Of a stretch of DNA of 64,000 nucleotides, positions 1-12,629 are shown piece after piece. The DNA comes from Adineta vaga (taxonomy: Eukaryota > Animalia > Rotifera). The stretch is taken from NCBI GenBank assembly GCA_021613535.1, contig CP075494.1:11346001-11410000 (forward strand), in the 5' to 3' direction. Each line of letters opens with the position of its first letter. Position 1 is the stretch's first letter. A program made the translations under genes and the position numbers. The notes beneath the pieces are model-generated. The model was not told the DNA's origin. It did no database searches and saw nothing but the letters and a program-made list of their open reading frames with translations.

Positions 1-205
1 ATATATTTTGATCCATTGCAATCTCAATGACTTTTCAAATTTCATTTGATATAAATTAAATCAGAGAGCTGCGTGCATCTTCAGTTTTTTATACGAAAGA
101 AAAGTCTTTCAATGAGAAATGTTTTATCATTAACAATGTATTATATTGTTTGTTTCTTTATTTTGTTCAAAACTAACAACTAAGAAGATGGAGAAATGAC
201 TTCGA

Positions 206-1375
206 TTATTCTTTATCAATAACATTTAAAACTTCATAACAAGCACCCATTGTATGATAATCTGTTTTTCCTGCTGGTGATTTTTCATCGGAATACTTCT
301 CATTTGTTCGTGTTAAAATTCGATACCAAGCACCATATTTATGATCAACAAAATATTTCCAACTATATTGCCAAATTTTATCATACCATTGCCAATATTT
401 GTCATCCTTTAATTTATCTGCAAGAAGTGCAGCTGTTGCAAAACTTTCTGCTTGTACCCAAAAATATTTATCACCATCATATAGATTTCCTTCAGTATCG
501 TAACCATAAACTAAACCACCATTGATTTCATCCCAACCATACTTCATTGCACGATCAAATAATCGAACAGCACGTTCAACATGCCATGGTTGAGGATCAT
601 GCCGATCAAGTATTAATAGAAGTTTTGCCCATTCAGCTTGATGACCAGTTTGAATTCCCCATGGACGAAATATATTGGTTCGAACATCTTTATTATATTC
701 AAAATTTGGTGTCCAATCCAGATTGAAATGTTCGAAGACTTGATAATGTAATTCTTTTGAACTAGCTGTCATATTTTCAGCTAAAGTTTTTGCTCTTTCT
801 AAATAAAGTGCATCCTTCGTGGCTTCATATGCAGCTAGCATTGCTTCACATGAATGCATATTATCATTTTGACCGCGATAATCATTTAATTTCCAATCAC
901 CTGTTGCTTCACTTGCATATAAACCTTTATCTTTTAACCAAAAATGTTCTTCCATAACATTATATGTTTCACGAATCCATTCTCGAGCTTCTTCAATACC
1001 AACACGTAATGCACATGCATATGCTAAGACAACAAAAGCTAAACCATAACAATGATTCGTATCATCACTAACTTCTCCATCATAAATAACCCAAGCATAA
1101 CCACCAGTTTGAGGATTACGATGAACTTTACGAAGATGTTCTATACCATGACGTGTACGTTGAAGATAATCAGCTGTACCAAAATTAATATAAGCCATTG
1201 CATAATTATAGATAAAACGTGTTGATGATACTAAATGACGTGTGTGGGGATCATACACGGTTCCATCATCTTTATAGAATTGATAAAAGCCACCTTTGGA
1301 ATCAACAGATTGATCATAGAAATTCAATGTGCGTTGAACATGAGCTAATAAAAATGAACGACTATGAAAATTCAT
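206..1375 (-). CDS. AGE-family (N-acylglucosamine 2-epimerase superfamily) sugar epimerase/isomerase, D-mannose isomerase/YihS-like; intronless, bacterial-type
   Basis: 389-aa uninterrupted ORF with RHLVSSTRFIYNYA, YRGQNDNMHSCEA, GHQAEWAKLL, KYFWVQAES and KSPAGKTDYHTMGAC, including the His residues typical of AGE-family (alpha/alpha)6-barrel enzymes. Confidence 0.9.
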   Translation of the reverse strand: MNFHSRSFLLAHVQRTLNFYDQSVDSKGGFYQFYKDDGTVYDPHTRHLVSSTRFIYNYAMAYINFGTADYLQRTRHGIEHLRKVHRNPQTGGYAWVIYDGEVSDDTNHCYGLAFVVLAYACALRVGIEEAREWIRETYNVMEEHFWLKDKGLYASEATGDWKLNDYRGQNDNMHSCEAMLAAYEATKDALYLERAKTLAENMTASSKELHYQVFEHFNLDWTPNFEYNKDVRTNIFRPWGIQTGHQAEWAKLLLILDRHDPQPWHVERAVRLFDRAMKYGWDEINGGLVYGYDTEGNLYDGDKYFWVQAESFATAALLADKLKDDKYWQWYDKIWQYSWKYFVDHKYGAWYRILTRTNEKYSDEKSPAGKTDYHTMGACYEVLNVIDKE

Positions 1376-1978
1376 TTTCTTTGAGACGACGCTTTTCTAA
1401 AATGAAAATATTTCATTGCATACTATAGTAACCATATATTTATCTATCTGTGAGTTCAGTCAAAATTCATTTCATCAATTGTTAAATTTTACCATACAAA
1501 CAAATATATACGAAAACGTTGTTATGTTCATCAAGTCTCCCAGCATCCATTGTTATGAAATATATTGCTTTCTGCAATAGAATATTTTGATTAAAAAAAA
1601 CTCAAGAAATGCGCCTGTATCTATCCTTTTAACAATGTAACTTATAGAGCATAAATGTATGTCAGATAAGATAAAACAAGAAACGTGTAAAAATGACAAT
1701 CTTCATATACACATGCCAAAAAATTTCACCTGTTATCGACGTATCGAAACGTCTTCCTTTTAATTCGTTTTTAAACGTATTTAAAAATCTGAAACATTCC
1801 CTCGTTTTCTTCTTTCCTAGAGGCTGAAAGAAAGAAAAAAAGAAAGAAAGAAAAAAGAAAAGAAAAGAAAATGTCTACACTTTGAATACATACAGAAGTC
1901 AAAATAATCATCACGTGTATTGTCTGTCGACAGTGACGTCTTTCTTTCATACCATAGATTATCACTACTAAATAACCT

Positions 1979-2575
1979 ATGGGAAATTTATTTCGAAAAC
2001 AAGGTGTGGTTTACAAAACTTTATCTGAAGAACTTCTTGCTCATTGTCGTACAATAACAAATTTTACTGATCAAGAAATTCATGATGAACATACGAAGTT
2101 TTTCTCGTTTACAGACGATGGTCGTTTAAAAAAATCTCATATGGAACCATTAATCGGTGAATATCTACCATCGACAAAAAAGAAACATTCAAAATATTTA
2201 ACTGATTGTGTTTTTTTGGCTATTGATACAAATAATGATGGTTATATTGATTTCTTGGAATATTTAATGAGTATAAAATTCTTTCAAACAGAATCACCAA
2301 TTGAAAAAGCTGATTTTGTTTTTCGTATAATTGATAAAAATGGTGATAATCATGTGACACAAAAAGAACTTGAACGAATATTAAAATGTTTACAAGATTA
2401 TCATAAATCATTATCAAGTATTCATGTACAGGATGTTGTCAATGAAGGACCTAAACCAGCAGCTAGTGCAATCGTGGAAAAATTAGATGAAGACAAATCT
2501 GGTGTTATTAATGTCTCAGAATTTGTTGATGCTTGGCTTAAAGATGAATCAATTCGAGCTTTATTTACTTTTTGA
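1979..2575 (+). CDS. Neuronal calcium sensor/recoverin-like EF-hand protein (intronless)
   Basis: 198 aa with an N-terminal MG (possible myristoylation) and EF-hand loops DTNNDGYIDFLE, DKNGDNHVTQKE and DEDKSGVINVSE. Confidence 0.8.
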   Translation: MGNLFRKQGVVYKTLSEELLAHCRTITNFTDQEIHDEHTKFFSFTDDGRLKKSHMEPLIGEYLPSTKKKHSKYLTDCVFLAIDTNNDGYIDFLEYLMSIKFFQTESPIEKADFVFRIIDKNGDNHVTQKELERILKCLQDYHKSLSSIHVQDVVNEGPKPAASAIVEKLDEDKSGVINVSEFVDAWLKDESIRALFTF

Positions 2576-2907
2576 CTTTCACTAAAATGTTAATGGATTA
2601 AATTCAAAAGTTTCTTGTATTATTTCTTTGCTTTAGTAAAATAAAGATATTCTACACGCATTTCTTTTCGTACTAGAGCTTTATTGATCATATGGAATAT
2701 GCATTATGATCAACGCCCTCTATTGATCATTGATGTTTTTTTTTCTTCTATACCAATCATAGTTAAATAGTATGACAGGTTGTTTTCTCATTAGATATTC
2801 TTCTATCAGTAAAAAGAATTTGTTTATTTATTTGATTAAGTAATATGTAAGTAAAGATTATTATCAGATCTCAAATATTTTATTTTGTAAAAGTATATAA
2901 AAACAGA

Positions 2908-5900
2908 ATGCAGTCCTTGCATTATAATAGTGGCTCGATTAAATTAACTCGTGAACGTGCAACGATGGTTGCTCGATGGGAACCAAATGAAGTAGCTCGA
3001 TGGATTTCTGGTAAGTATTACAGAAAATAAAAATAGGGTGTATCGAATGGATTTATTTTTAGGTTTAGCAGGAATTCAATCGGATATTAGTGAACTATTT
3101 CTTCGATATCGTATCAATGGTGCTTCACTAGGAACTCTTCTTCGAGATGATCTGATTCGAATGGGTATTACAAAACTTGATCAACAATTGATTCTTATGC
3201 AATCAATCGATCTTCTTCTTACTCTTGTAAAAATTCTATTCGAAAGAATTTCATAAATTCATCTTTCTGATGTGTTTTTTTCTTGTTTTGTAGGTTAATC
3301 GTTTAAATAGTGAAACTCTTGCTTTATTATTTATGCGTATACACTGTACGGCAACGACATGTTATAATCAATTGAAAAGACATGATGATACATCAAATGA
3401 TAATAGTAATGTGACTAATTCACCGCAATTTTATACATCTGTAAGTAATCTATCAAATGCAATTGTGGAAACTTGTCATTGGCTTGGAAGGTAAGAGATC
3501 AATGTCGGAAAAAGAAGAAGAAGAATTATCAGCATATTTATACTTATTTAGATTGCCGTTTATTGAGAATGCTGAATATATCGATTTAAGACGAAAGATT
3601 ATCAAAGCACTAGTTCAAATACGTGTTTTACTTCGTAATTTACGTCTAGTTGATCAAATCAATATGCCAAAATCAAAATTAATTCTTGAAGTAAATGATT
3701 TGTTCTTTTCTAACAATAGATTTAAATAAGATTTCATATTTAGATCAGTGAATTACGAACAACAGCAATTTCATTAGTTCGTCAAAATAAAGATTCTCTG
3801 TTTTCATCGGATTGTTATTTAACAAAAGTGAATTTACGACGTCCAATCAAAGATGATGTGGTAAGACAATGATATACACTTTTCAATTTACAGAATCATT
3901 ATCATTTTTTTTCCTTCTCAATAGAATATTGAATATACAACAATGCCGGATTTTACACACGTGATATCAAGTATTGAAACAGAAGTATGTACATTTTATA
4001 GATAGTATGAAATCAAATGAAATCATTGTTGAATGTGATTTCAGGCAATGAGTTTGATGGGATCTGGCTTTAATGCAATTAATATTGGAGATGAAATCAT
4101 TGAAATTAATAATCAAGTTGTGGTATGTCGAATGAATATGAAACGAGATAGGCAATCGTTTTGAACTAAATTTTTAAGATCTTCTCTTGTAATTGTGTTC
4201 TATATTTATCTAGTTGATAAGAAGATAGTGCCTATTATAAATGTAATCCTTTTTTTTCTTAAAGATTGGTTGGGATCCAATGCATTTTAATGATCTACTT
4301 CGTTCATCAACACGTCCAAATGAAATTTGTTTATTAGTGAAAAAAATGCCCCGACATAATGATGATGAAATTTATACAAAACGTCTAGTTGATTTAACAC
4401 CAAATCCTCGACGAACGCGTACTCGTGGCGTATTAGAACGAATAAAACAAACCGAAGATAATCGAACAAGATTGCTGGAACAAGAAGGGTATGTAATAAC
4501 TGTTTTCTATAATTTGTCTTCTCTTTTTCTAACGCTTTTTTATTAATCAAATATAGAATTCGAGAAGAAGATCAGGTACATCATTGTATTTATGTTGTCA
4601 TATTCATGTTTTGTCTAATTCTTATTTGTTGTTTCATTTGAATAGAACTTTAATTTCTAATATTTTGTTGTTTATATTTAATTAGGGAGATTAATGTTGA
4701 AAGTGATGATGAAACTCTTTATCTAAGTAAACGTTCTTCCCAAATAAAACGTGATCAACATTCATCGTTACCTGATCTCACCGAGTCACTTACTGATAGT
4801 AATAATCCAAATAATATTAGTGAAATATCTGATCATATCGAACCATCATCATCAACTTCTTCTATATCGACAACTGCAATGTTATCACCAACATCTCCAA
4901 TTAAAATCAATTCAAAACGAAAGAGTATGGAACAATAGAATCACTACGATAGGATAGCATTTGATTATTGAAATCATTTTTCTTTATAGGTAATGATCGA
5001 CCACCATCCGCTGGTGGCGTTTCGTCATCACCGAATGTAACACCAAAAAGTCCAAGAAAAATGGTATATATTACTGAATAATCAAGGAATATATTTCTCC
5101 GTATTTTCTGTCTCTCCTCCGACATTTCATTTTTGTACAGGTTTCGAAGAGTTTCGTTTTGCTTTTAGGGTATTGAATCCTACTTTTCAACATTATTTCG
5201 TCCTCGTCAAGATGCCAAATCTGTCATTCCTGATCTTGATGAAACTACAACAAAAGATCACCCTCAATTAGTCACTGTAAAACGTATCAATTCTATTTAC
5301 AAACAAAGTTCATCAAATAATTCAAATTCTTCATTACAAGACGATCAAATTATTGCTTCATCACCACCCTTATCATTATCAACAAATATCGACAAACGTG
5401 GCAGTCAAAGTAGTTTACAAACACCTTCAACGCTCTCACATTTTTCCAATATGTTCAAAGTAAAATATTTCAAAATACTATAATTATTGAATTGAATAAC
5501 TTATTCTTTTATAGTCACCAGAGAAACGCACAAGTTCTGATAGTGGAAAGAATATAACGTATAGTTGATTTGGTAGAGATCTCATGAAATTTGTAGAATT
5601 TTTTCTTTTATAGATTTCGAAATGAACTAAAAATGGAAATTGGTTCGGTGTTTGGAAATAATAATGATATCGTTGCCAATAAACCGCCAGTCAATCATAG
5701 TGATAGTCGAAAGGTATTACAAACGATTCTAATAATTATGTAGAAGCACATATTTCTTTTGTTTCAGAGTTCTGTTACTACTGAACGACGTCGTCCAAAA
5801 CGAAAACGTAAGTAGTTGAAATTCTTCGAGAATTTCATATGAGAAATATATTTCTAGCAACTATTGACTGGTAAATTTATACCAGAAGGTAACATTTATC

Positions 5901-7933
5901 TGCACATATTGGGCTATCGATTATTTCTATCGCATTTCAATACGCCCGAGATCGATTGATTTAACTGCTAAATTTGAGAAAATATTTTGACATCGATAAA
6001 GAAACATTTAATCAAATAGTTTACTGAGAAAAAAGGGGCATCTTTAGTTAATCATATCCTTTCTTTATATATTAGATTTAAAATAGAATTTTGTCATGAT
6101 TTATATGGGGTAGATACATCTATTTTCAGTAAAAAAAAACTGCATTTGTTGTCGACATTTTGTTATTCTAATATAAGCTCATTAGTTCATACTGATTTTT
6201 TTTTCTTTGCTTCAATTCAGACAATCTCTAGTTAATGCACACATATATTATATCGGGTTTCGATATTCGCTTTTTGATTTGCACGATATAGTGATATCTA
6301 AATATTTCGTTGTTTATTTTAGCATCGTATAGAAAAGTCTCGTGTAAAGATTTGGGTAAAGGTGATTGTGAAGGTTTTCTACATCGGTATTCACCTAAAG
6401 GAGCACTATCACTTGTTACATGGCGTGTATATTGGTGTGTTTTAAAAGGTGGTACTCTATATGTATTCAAATCAAAGGATGTAAGTTTATCTAAAAACAA
6501 ATGTCTTGAATTGCATTGTTTTTGTTTCTAGGATAAAAATCAAGAAATCGAAATAAAACTTGAAGGAAAAAATGTCTCACCAGCACCAGAACGAAGGAAA
6601 TAGTAAGTAAATGATTTGTTATCAAGAATGGAATATGTCATCTGCTTTTGGTTTTTAGTGCTTTTCGTATTGCAGATGAGAACAGTAAATATCGTGAATA
6701 TTTTTATTGTTCAACACGAGATGAAATGGCAAAATGGATGAATAAAATGGGTTTAGCAGCAATTAATTTCAATATAGATGATTCAAAAATTGGTGGATTT
6801 CATAAAGGTTTTGTTGATTCACGTGAAGGATCACCAGCATCAACACCCATACTTGGTGCTTCACCTCAATCCATCAGTAAACAACATCGAATAGGACATA
6901 TTGGTTCAACCGGTGACAGTGAAAATGATTCCGATAAAGATTCCATTGCATCTTGGCATAAATCCACATCGCAACATAGTAGTGTTTCAGATACTGAATC
7001 ATCAAGAGAAAAAGTAAAAAAAGGTTTTGTCTACATTCATAAAAAATAAAGAAAGCATTTTTTCTATGTAGAGTGATAAACGAGCAGATCTATCATCTGT
7101 TGCACGACATGCACGTTCATCATCATCAGCTTCAATCTTGTCTGGTACACATAATAGTTCAATGACATCGCCATCAAATCGTTTTGCTGGTCAAATTAAT
7201 ACATCCTCGAATAAAGGTCATTATCGAGCAAGTAGTTCACCACGAAATTTTCGTTCATCGTATGGAGATGATCAAGACAATGCCTATGTTAATGCTGCAC
7301 CAAGACTTTCCGATTCCGATTCATCGACAGAACTTCCTTATCAACGAATGTTTATTAACAGTCAAGTTATTAAGAATGATCCATCGCAACAAGAAGTGGT
7401 AAGAAATAGAACACTATTCAATAGATTATTCAAGAGTTTTGTTCTTATTTATCTAGCATCTTCGACCTTTCATCAATGATTCATCAAGAACATTGACGTG
7501 TTCTGGTGGTTTTACTAACCCAATCACACCTCATCTATCGATTTCAAGTGATAAAACTCTCTCACCATCTCAAGAAACTTCGAACAGTAATCGATTTCTT
7601 TCGAGTAATGAAGAACATTTGTCTCAAGCATTGAATGAGTCTGATATCCCATCGAATCTGTCGTCATCTCCGTATGAGGAACATTTACCAGCAGTTGTTC
7701 GTGTTGCTCCATTGTATGTATCTGTTTTTACGTCAACTCCACCGATTCCTCTTGTCAAAGGTACAGTTGCTTCCTCAGCGCCTTCGAATAATAATGATGA
7801 ATTATTTTTTACTCGTCGTTCACCTTCTCCAAAACCAACCTCAATATCAAAAATATCTGAACAGTCAAAACCAAGCAATATTTCAACAGATTATAAACAA
7901 CATCGTTATCCCTCCACGTCTCAACAAAAATAA
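2908..7933 (+). CDS. CNKSR: Connector enhancer of KSR (CNK)-like scaffold, multi-exon (SAM-CRIC-PDZ-PH)
   Basis: Exon 1 MQSLH...VARWEPNEVARWIS|gtaag. SAM domain (INGASL...DLIRMGITKLDQQLILMQSIDLL), CRIC-like region (WLG|RLPF), PDZ (IGDEIIEINNQVV|IGW) and PH (SCKDLGKGDCEGFL...WCVLKGGTLYVFK...EMAKWMNKMGLA), followed by a Ser/Pro-rich tail ending at TAA 7933. Confidence 0.85.
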
Positions 7934-7966
7934 TAGTCTTTCTTCTATCTTTTTCTATGTATGTGC

Positions 7967-7984
7967 GTGTGTGTGTGTGTGTGT
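7967..7984. repeat. (GT)n microsatellite in the CNK 3' UTR
   Basis: gtgtgtgtgtgtgtgtgt read directly. Confidence 0.9.
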
Positions 7985-8642
7985 ATTTGTCTTGTTTTGT
8001 TTTTGCAATATTTTTAAATATCATACCAATATTTCTTTATTCTCTATTTTGTATTTGAATTTCATTTTCATTAATACATATATGTATACTCATTTCTTCA
8101 GAAAGTATGACTCACGACTATTGATGAAAGATGTATGCACGATTCAGTGAACAAAAGTGTAACAACGACAAAAATATTTTCTTACCAACATTTCGAGCAT
8201 ATCAGTAAGTAGCATGACTCAGAAAGTTGAGTCATAGATTGCTATGAAATAAAATGAAAAAAAAAAGAACTCAATCTATTAGCGATGAAATTGTCGTGCT
8301 GGAAATACGTCAGAGATGAATAACTACGATAACTCTGCATTGAATGCTCATATTTTAATACTGATATTTCTATGTAAGTATGTATGTGTTGAATAGTTTT
8401 TCACAGAAATCAGTTGATTATATATGACATGGTACGAATCAATGTGGTTTTACCATTTTGTTTGAAAGATATGTTTTATTAGGATAATCTCAATTAGATT
8501 ATGTGTCTGTTCAGTATTGAATTATATTGTAGTCATACTGTTGCAAGAACTAAGTTATCTCTTTGTTCACAGATGAATATCAAATTTTCTATTTTAGACT
8601 TATAATCATATACATAAGATCCAATTGTGTTCATTCATAAAC

Positions 8643-10887
8643 ATGTTTCTACGTTTTATTCTTCAAATTGTTCTCTTTTGGCTCATTATTCACCTAGTCA
8701 ATCATCTCTTACTAGTGCGTTTCGAATCTTTCTATTTTTAGCAAATATTTCACTTCTTTGTTCTTATAGCGTTTTCGAATTACGAAACGTCCTTATGGTC
8801 GTCTCCTACGTTCATTAGGTTGTCATATATCAATATGCAATATCATGTTTTATACGACATCATTCAATCGATTATTTTATCGAATTGGTTCAAAAAACGC
8901 TCGTCTTTGGAAAGGTTGGTTTACTATTGGTATATTCATTGCTATGATCACTTCGATTTGTGCTTGTTTAATCTTATTTTTCCTACCAATGAGATATGTA
9001 TATGATCTTCGACAACAAAGTATTTCTTCAAAACAAAATTTAACTACATTTAAACAAAATGAACGTGATACATTACTAATTCAACCAATAGTTTGTAGAA
9101 TATTGCTATTTTCCATAAAGAATTGTGAAAATAAATGCTGAATTAATCTAGATTCCTGGTGTAAATGTTCCATTAGAACAAATGGTACATTTCTTTCTCG
9201 CTTTACTTGTTTGTACTGTTTTTCATGAATTTGGCCATGCTGTAGCAGCAACAGCGTAAAAATTTTGTTTTTATTTGAAATCTATGATTGATGTCTTCGT
9301 TTCGATAGTGAACAAGTTCGATTGAATGGTTGTGGTTATTTTCTATTTCTTCTCTATCCAGGTGCTTATGTCGACTTAAATCATGAACAAGTGCAGATGA
9401 TTTCAGCTTATCGACAACTGAGGTAAGTAAGGATATGAATAAATTTCAATTGAAAAATATAAAAATTTTGAAGAATTTATTGTGCTGGTGTTTTTCATAA
9501 TATGGTTCTTGTTCTTTTTGCTGTTCTATTTCTTTTGATACATCCAATTTTTCTACGAAATTTCTATACCGAAACAGCAATGGTATCTCGTGTATCAAAA
9601 GTAAATTTGATTTTTAGAAAAACAAAGAAAATAACTTATTATTATTCTCGAAGGAATCACCACTGTCTAGTTTACTTCCTGTTCGTTCGATAATTCAATC
9701 AATTGATGGTTGTGTAGTAAATACATCCAATGATTGGTATCAATGTTTACGTCTAATTCGTGATCGACGACCTCAGGACAGTAGTGGTTATTGTTTAACG
9801 CAGGATGAAATTCAACTTCTTTCCAATCATATCGGTAAGAAAAGTTAACTTCTAGATGTTTGGTACTCATAAAAAGATCATGTAGTCTTATCGAAAACCA
9901 TCTGGCATCAGAACGTCATAGAAAAAAATGAACTTTTACGTTCATCATTTATAATATTAAATATTGTCGATGAAACAATTCTATTTAGAATTTAATCAAA
10001 CGATTAACTATGATTGTTGTCAAAATTTCTCTCAAAAAAACTATTGTTTTCTTTATCATTCCAAACAATACTCATATCAAGTAACAATCATTAATGTATA
10101 GATTTCATTTGATTTCATTCGATTTTATTAAAGAATGGTGCATGTATGGAAGCTCGAACAATTACTCAACATCCACCATGTTTGCTCAACAGTGACTGTC
10201 AACGTCATGGTAGTGATGCATCATGTGTTTATCCATTTACTGCTGATAATATAACACGATTAGTACGAATTTCACATAATCAAGGACGTGCGATACTTTT
10301 TGTTGGTTCAATCAATGAAATTTATCGAACAAGTAAAGAAAAGAATTTCATTGGTTTCTGTCTAAAGAACGAAGTCTTAAAAATTTCATTCTACATGTTT
10401 CCGAAAACTTAATCATCTCGAATTAAAATGTAGATTAATCTATCTAAATAATCAAATTAAGCATTTTTCTATGTTTTCTTTTTCTTTTAATTAATTATTT
10501 AACTTTATGATTAAATTTTCATTCTAGTTACTCTTCAATCTTATCAAGCTAAATATAACTTTATTCCAACAATTCTCATTACTGATATTCCATTATTTTT
10601 CCAGTAAGTAACAAGCATTAAATTTACATTTAGATAATTAGTTCGTTCATTTGATTAATTTCTTTTCTTCCAGGTATGTCGGTGCCTTTTCATTTGCATT
10701 AGCATTCTTCAATGCAGTACCATGTTATGGATTAGATGGACAATATATCTTAGCTGCTTTAATTGAATATTGTTCACCGAATTTCTATCGAAAATATCAA
10801 ACTAGTTTAGTGTTTCCCTTGATTGTTGGTACATGTTTACTTGTTGTAAATGTTTTACTTGCATTTGTACGTTACTTTCTTTTGTAA
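8643..10887 (+). CDS. MBTPS2: Site-2 protease (membrane-bound transcription factor peptidase, M50), multi-exon
   Basis: ATG 8643 gives [13 protein letters not shown]. Motifs: IPGVNVP, zinc motif [10 protein letters not shown] (about 9221-9250), [19 protein letters not shown], a Cys-rich insert and the C-terminal [13 protein letters not shown]. Confidence 0.92.
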
Positions 10888-11776
10888 TAGACGACCGAAA
10901 AAAAAAACAGAATTAAAAATTTTTATTTTAAACTTGGATGTATGTCGTGTGGAAAGATCACGACTTAGATATGTATTTTTCAACTGTAGTGACAAGAACG
11001 AGGATATGCACCTCGATAGACAGAGCATTTTGTCAATAAGGAAATCGAGCAAAGTTAAAGATGAAAAGAGAGTACAAATGAGTATTGTGTGATAGACACA
11101 TACAACAGGATATTGCAATTGAAATCAGTAATTGAACCAATAGACGACGAAAGTTGATGACTTTTATTCACTTTCTATTTCTTATGTTTTATTGTCATCA
11201 ATACAATGATGATGATGATGATGATCATAATAACAAAAAAAATGCAGATGGAGATGATTAAAGAATAAAAAGCAAACCGGATATGAGCAATTCATCGGCA
11301 ACCGGCACTTGCTACTATGACTGTCGTCATTATTAAATGTAATCAAGCTGCAAATTACTTCTTCATTCAACAATATTATCGTCGTCTGACAATGTTCACA
11401 TTACAGTTGTTTCTTGTGAATTATTCACAAACAAGCATGTTATTAAACATATAGAAGGCATACATCTATATTGTAATTATTGCTTTTAAAAGTCTTCGCA
11501 TGTTACCCGCCTCATCATCATCATCATCATCATCGACATTAATATGCTTCTTTCTTTTCTTTTTTCATATTATTTATATAAAAGAAGAGTGGCTAAAGAA
11601 TGAAAGCAAGAGAAACTCAACACATATTTTATAACAACCTCGAATCTAATTATGAGTATTATCAATCTAAGTGTATCCGAACATGGAAATAAGAATATGT
11701 AACCATAGAACAATTAAACGTGTTACACTCTTCACTCTATCGAACCACTTATATATGAGAATGAGAACATACGATG

Positions 11777-11796
11777 TATATATATATATATATATA
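11777..11796. repeat. (TA)n microsatellite; short (CAT)n tracts nearby at about 11206-11228 and 11513-11534
   Basis: Read directly. Confidence 0.85.
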
Positions 11797-12629
11797 CACG
11801 AATCGTCCACAATTAACTGAAGTAGCTCTATTCATTCAGTAACACGACAGGTGGGATTGATGAGGAGAAAAAGAAATCCTTGGTATACAGACATATAGTT
11901 ACATATTCTTTTCTTCAATCAATAAGATCTTAATGAAGCGGAAAAACGGTTAAATCTCTTTGCAGGAACAGATTAGTCAAGATTATTTGATTAGATCGAA
12001 ATTCATTCTTTCTTCATGTATGTGTTATCAAACATGCAAACGATGTTTATACTTTATGAATAAGAAGAAAAGAGAAAACGAGGAAAGTTCAGCTGTAGTA
12101 AGAAGAACATAGAGACATTCGTCTTTCTTTTGATGATGCATTTCCGTCTTTTCTTACTCTCGTTAAATTACTACTTTAGTTTTTTTTTCTTACATTTCCG
12201 TTCATCTTCCATCTAATTTTCCATCTTATTATCAGAAATCTAAGTATAAGATGAAGTCACGAAATAGTCTAATCAATTTAAGAAAATTTGTTTTCTATTG
12301 AAAGAAAGGAAGAGAGAACAATAACGAACCAATCGATTTATTTGCCATAAGGGAAAAATAGTCTTCTTCTTTCTTTCTTTCTTCTTTTTTTTTCATGTCG
12401 ATACATCCCAATGTTCAAAAGATTCAACCAATCGTAAAACAATCCGATTTATGTTACTAAATTATAGGTCTTCTTTCTAAAAGAATGATCTTGTTGTTCT
12501 ATTAATACATACTAGTTAAATTCATTTGGTCATATTTAAAAAATAAGACGCATACATTTACAAACAAAACAAACTGTACAAGCACTGTAAAACGAAAGAG
12601 AAAAAGAAAGAAACAAAGAAAGTATTTTG

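Noticed and set aside
5808-6322. Possible microexons in the long CNK intron
   Set aside because: The candidate segments (10, 13 and 31 nt) do not preserve the frame.
7635-8150. 171-aa ORF overlapping the CNK last exon
   Set aside because: It is an alternative frame running through the (GT)n microsatellite and AT-rich UTR, with no coding-like composition.
10850-12600. Short ORFs and His/Asp-like CAT repeats downstream of homeobrain
   Set aside because: These are low-complexity microsatellite-derived frames, more likely non-coding or regulatory DNA. No specific enhancer can be supported.
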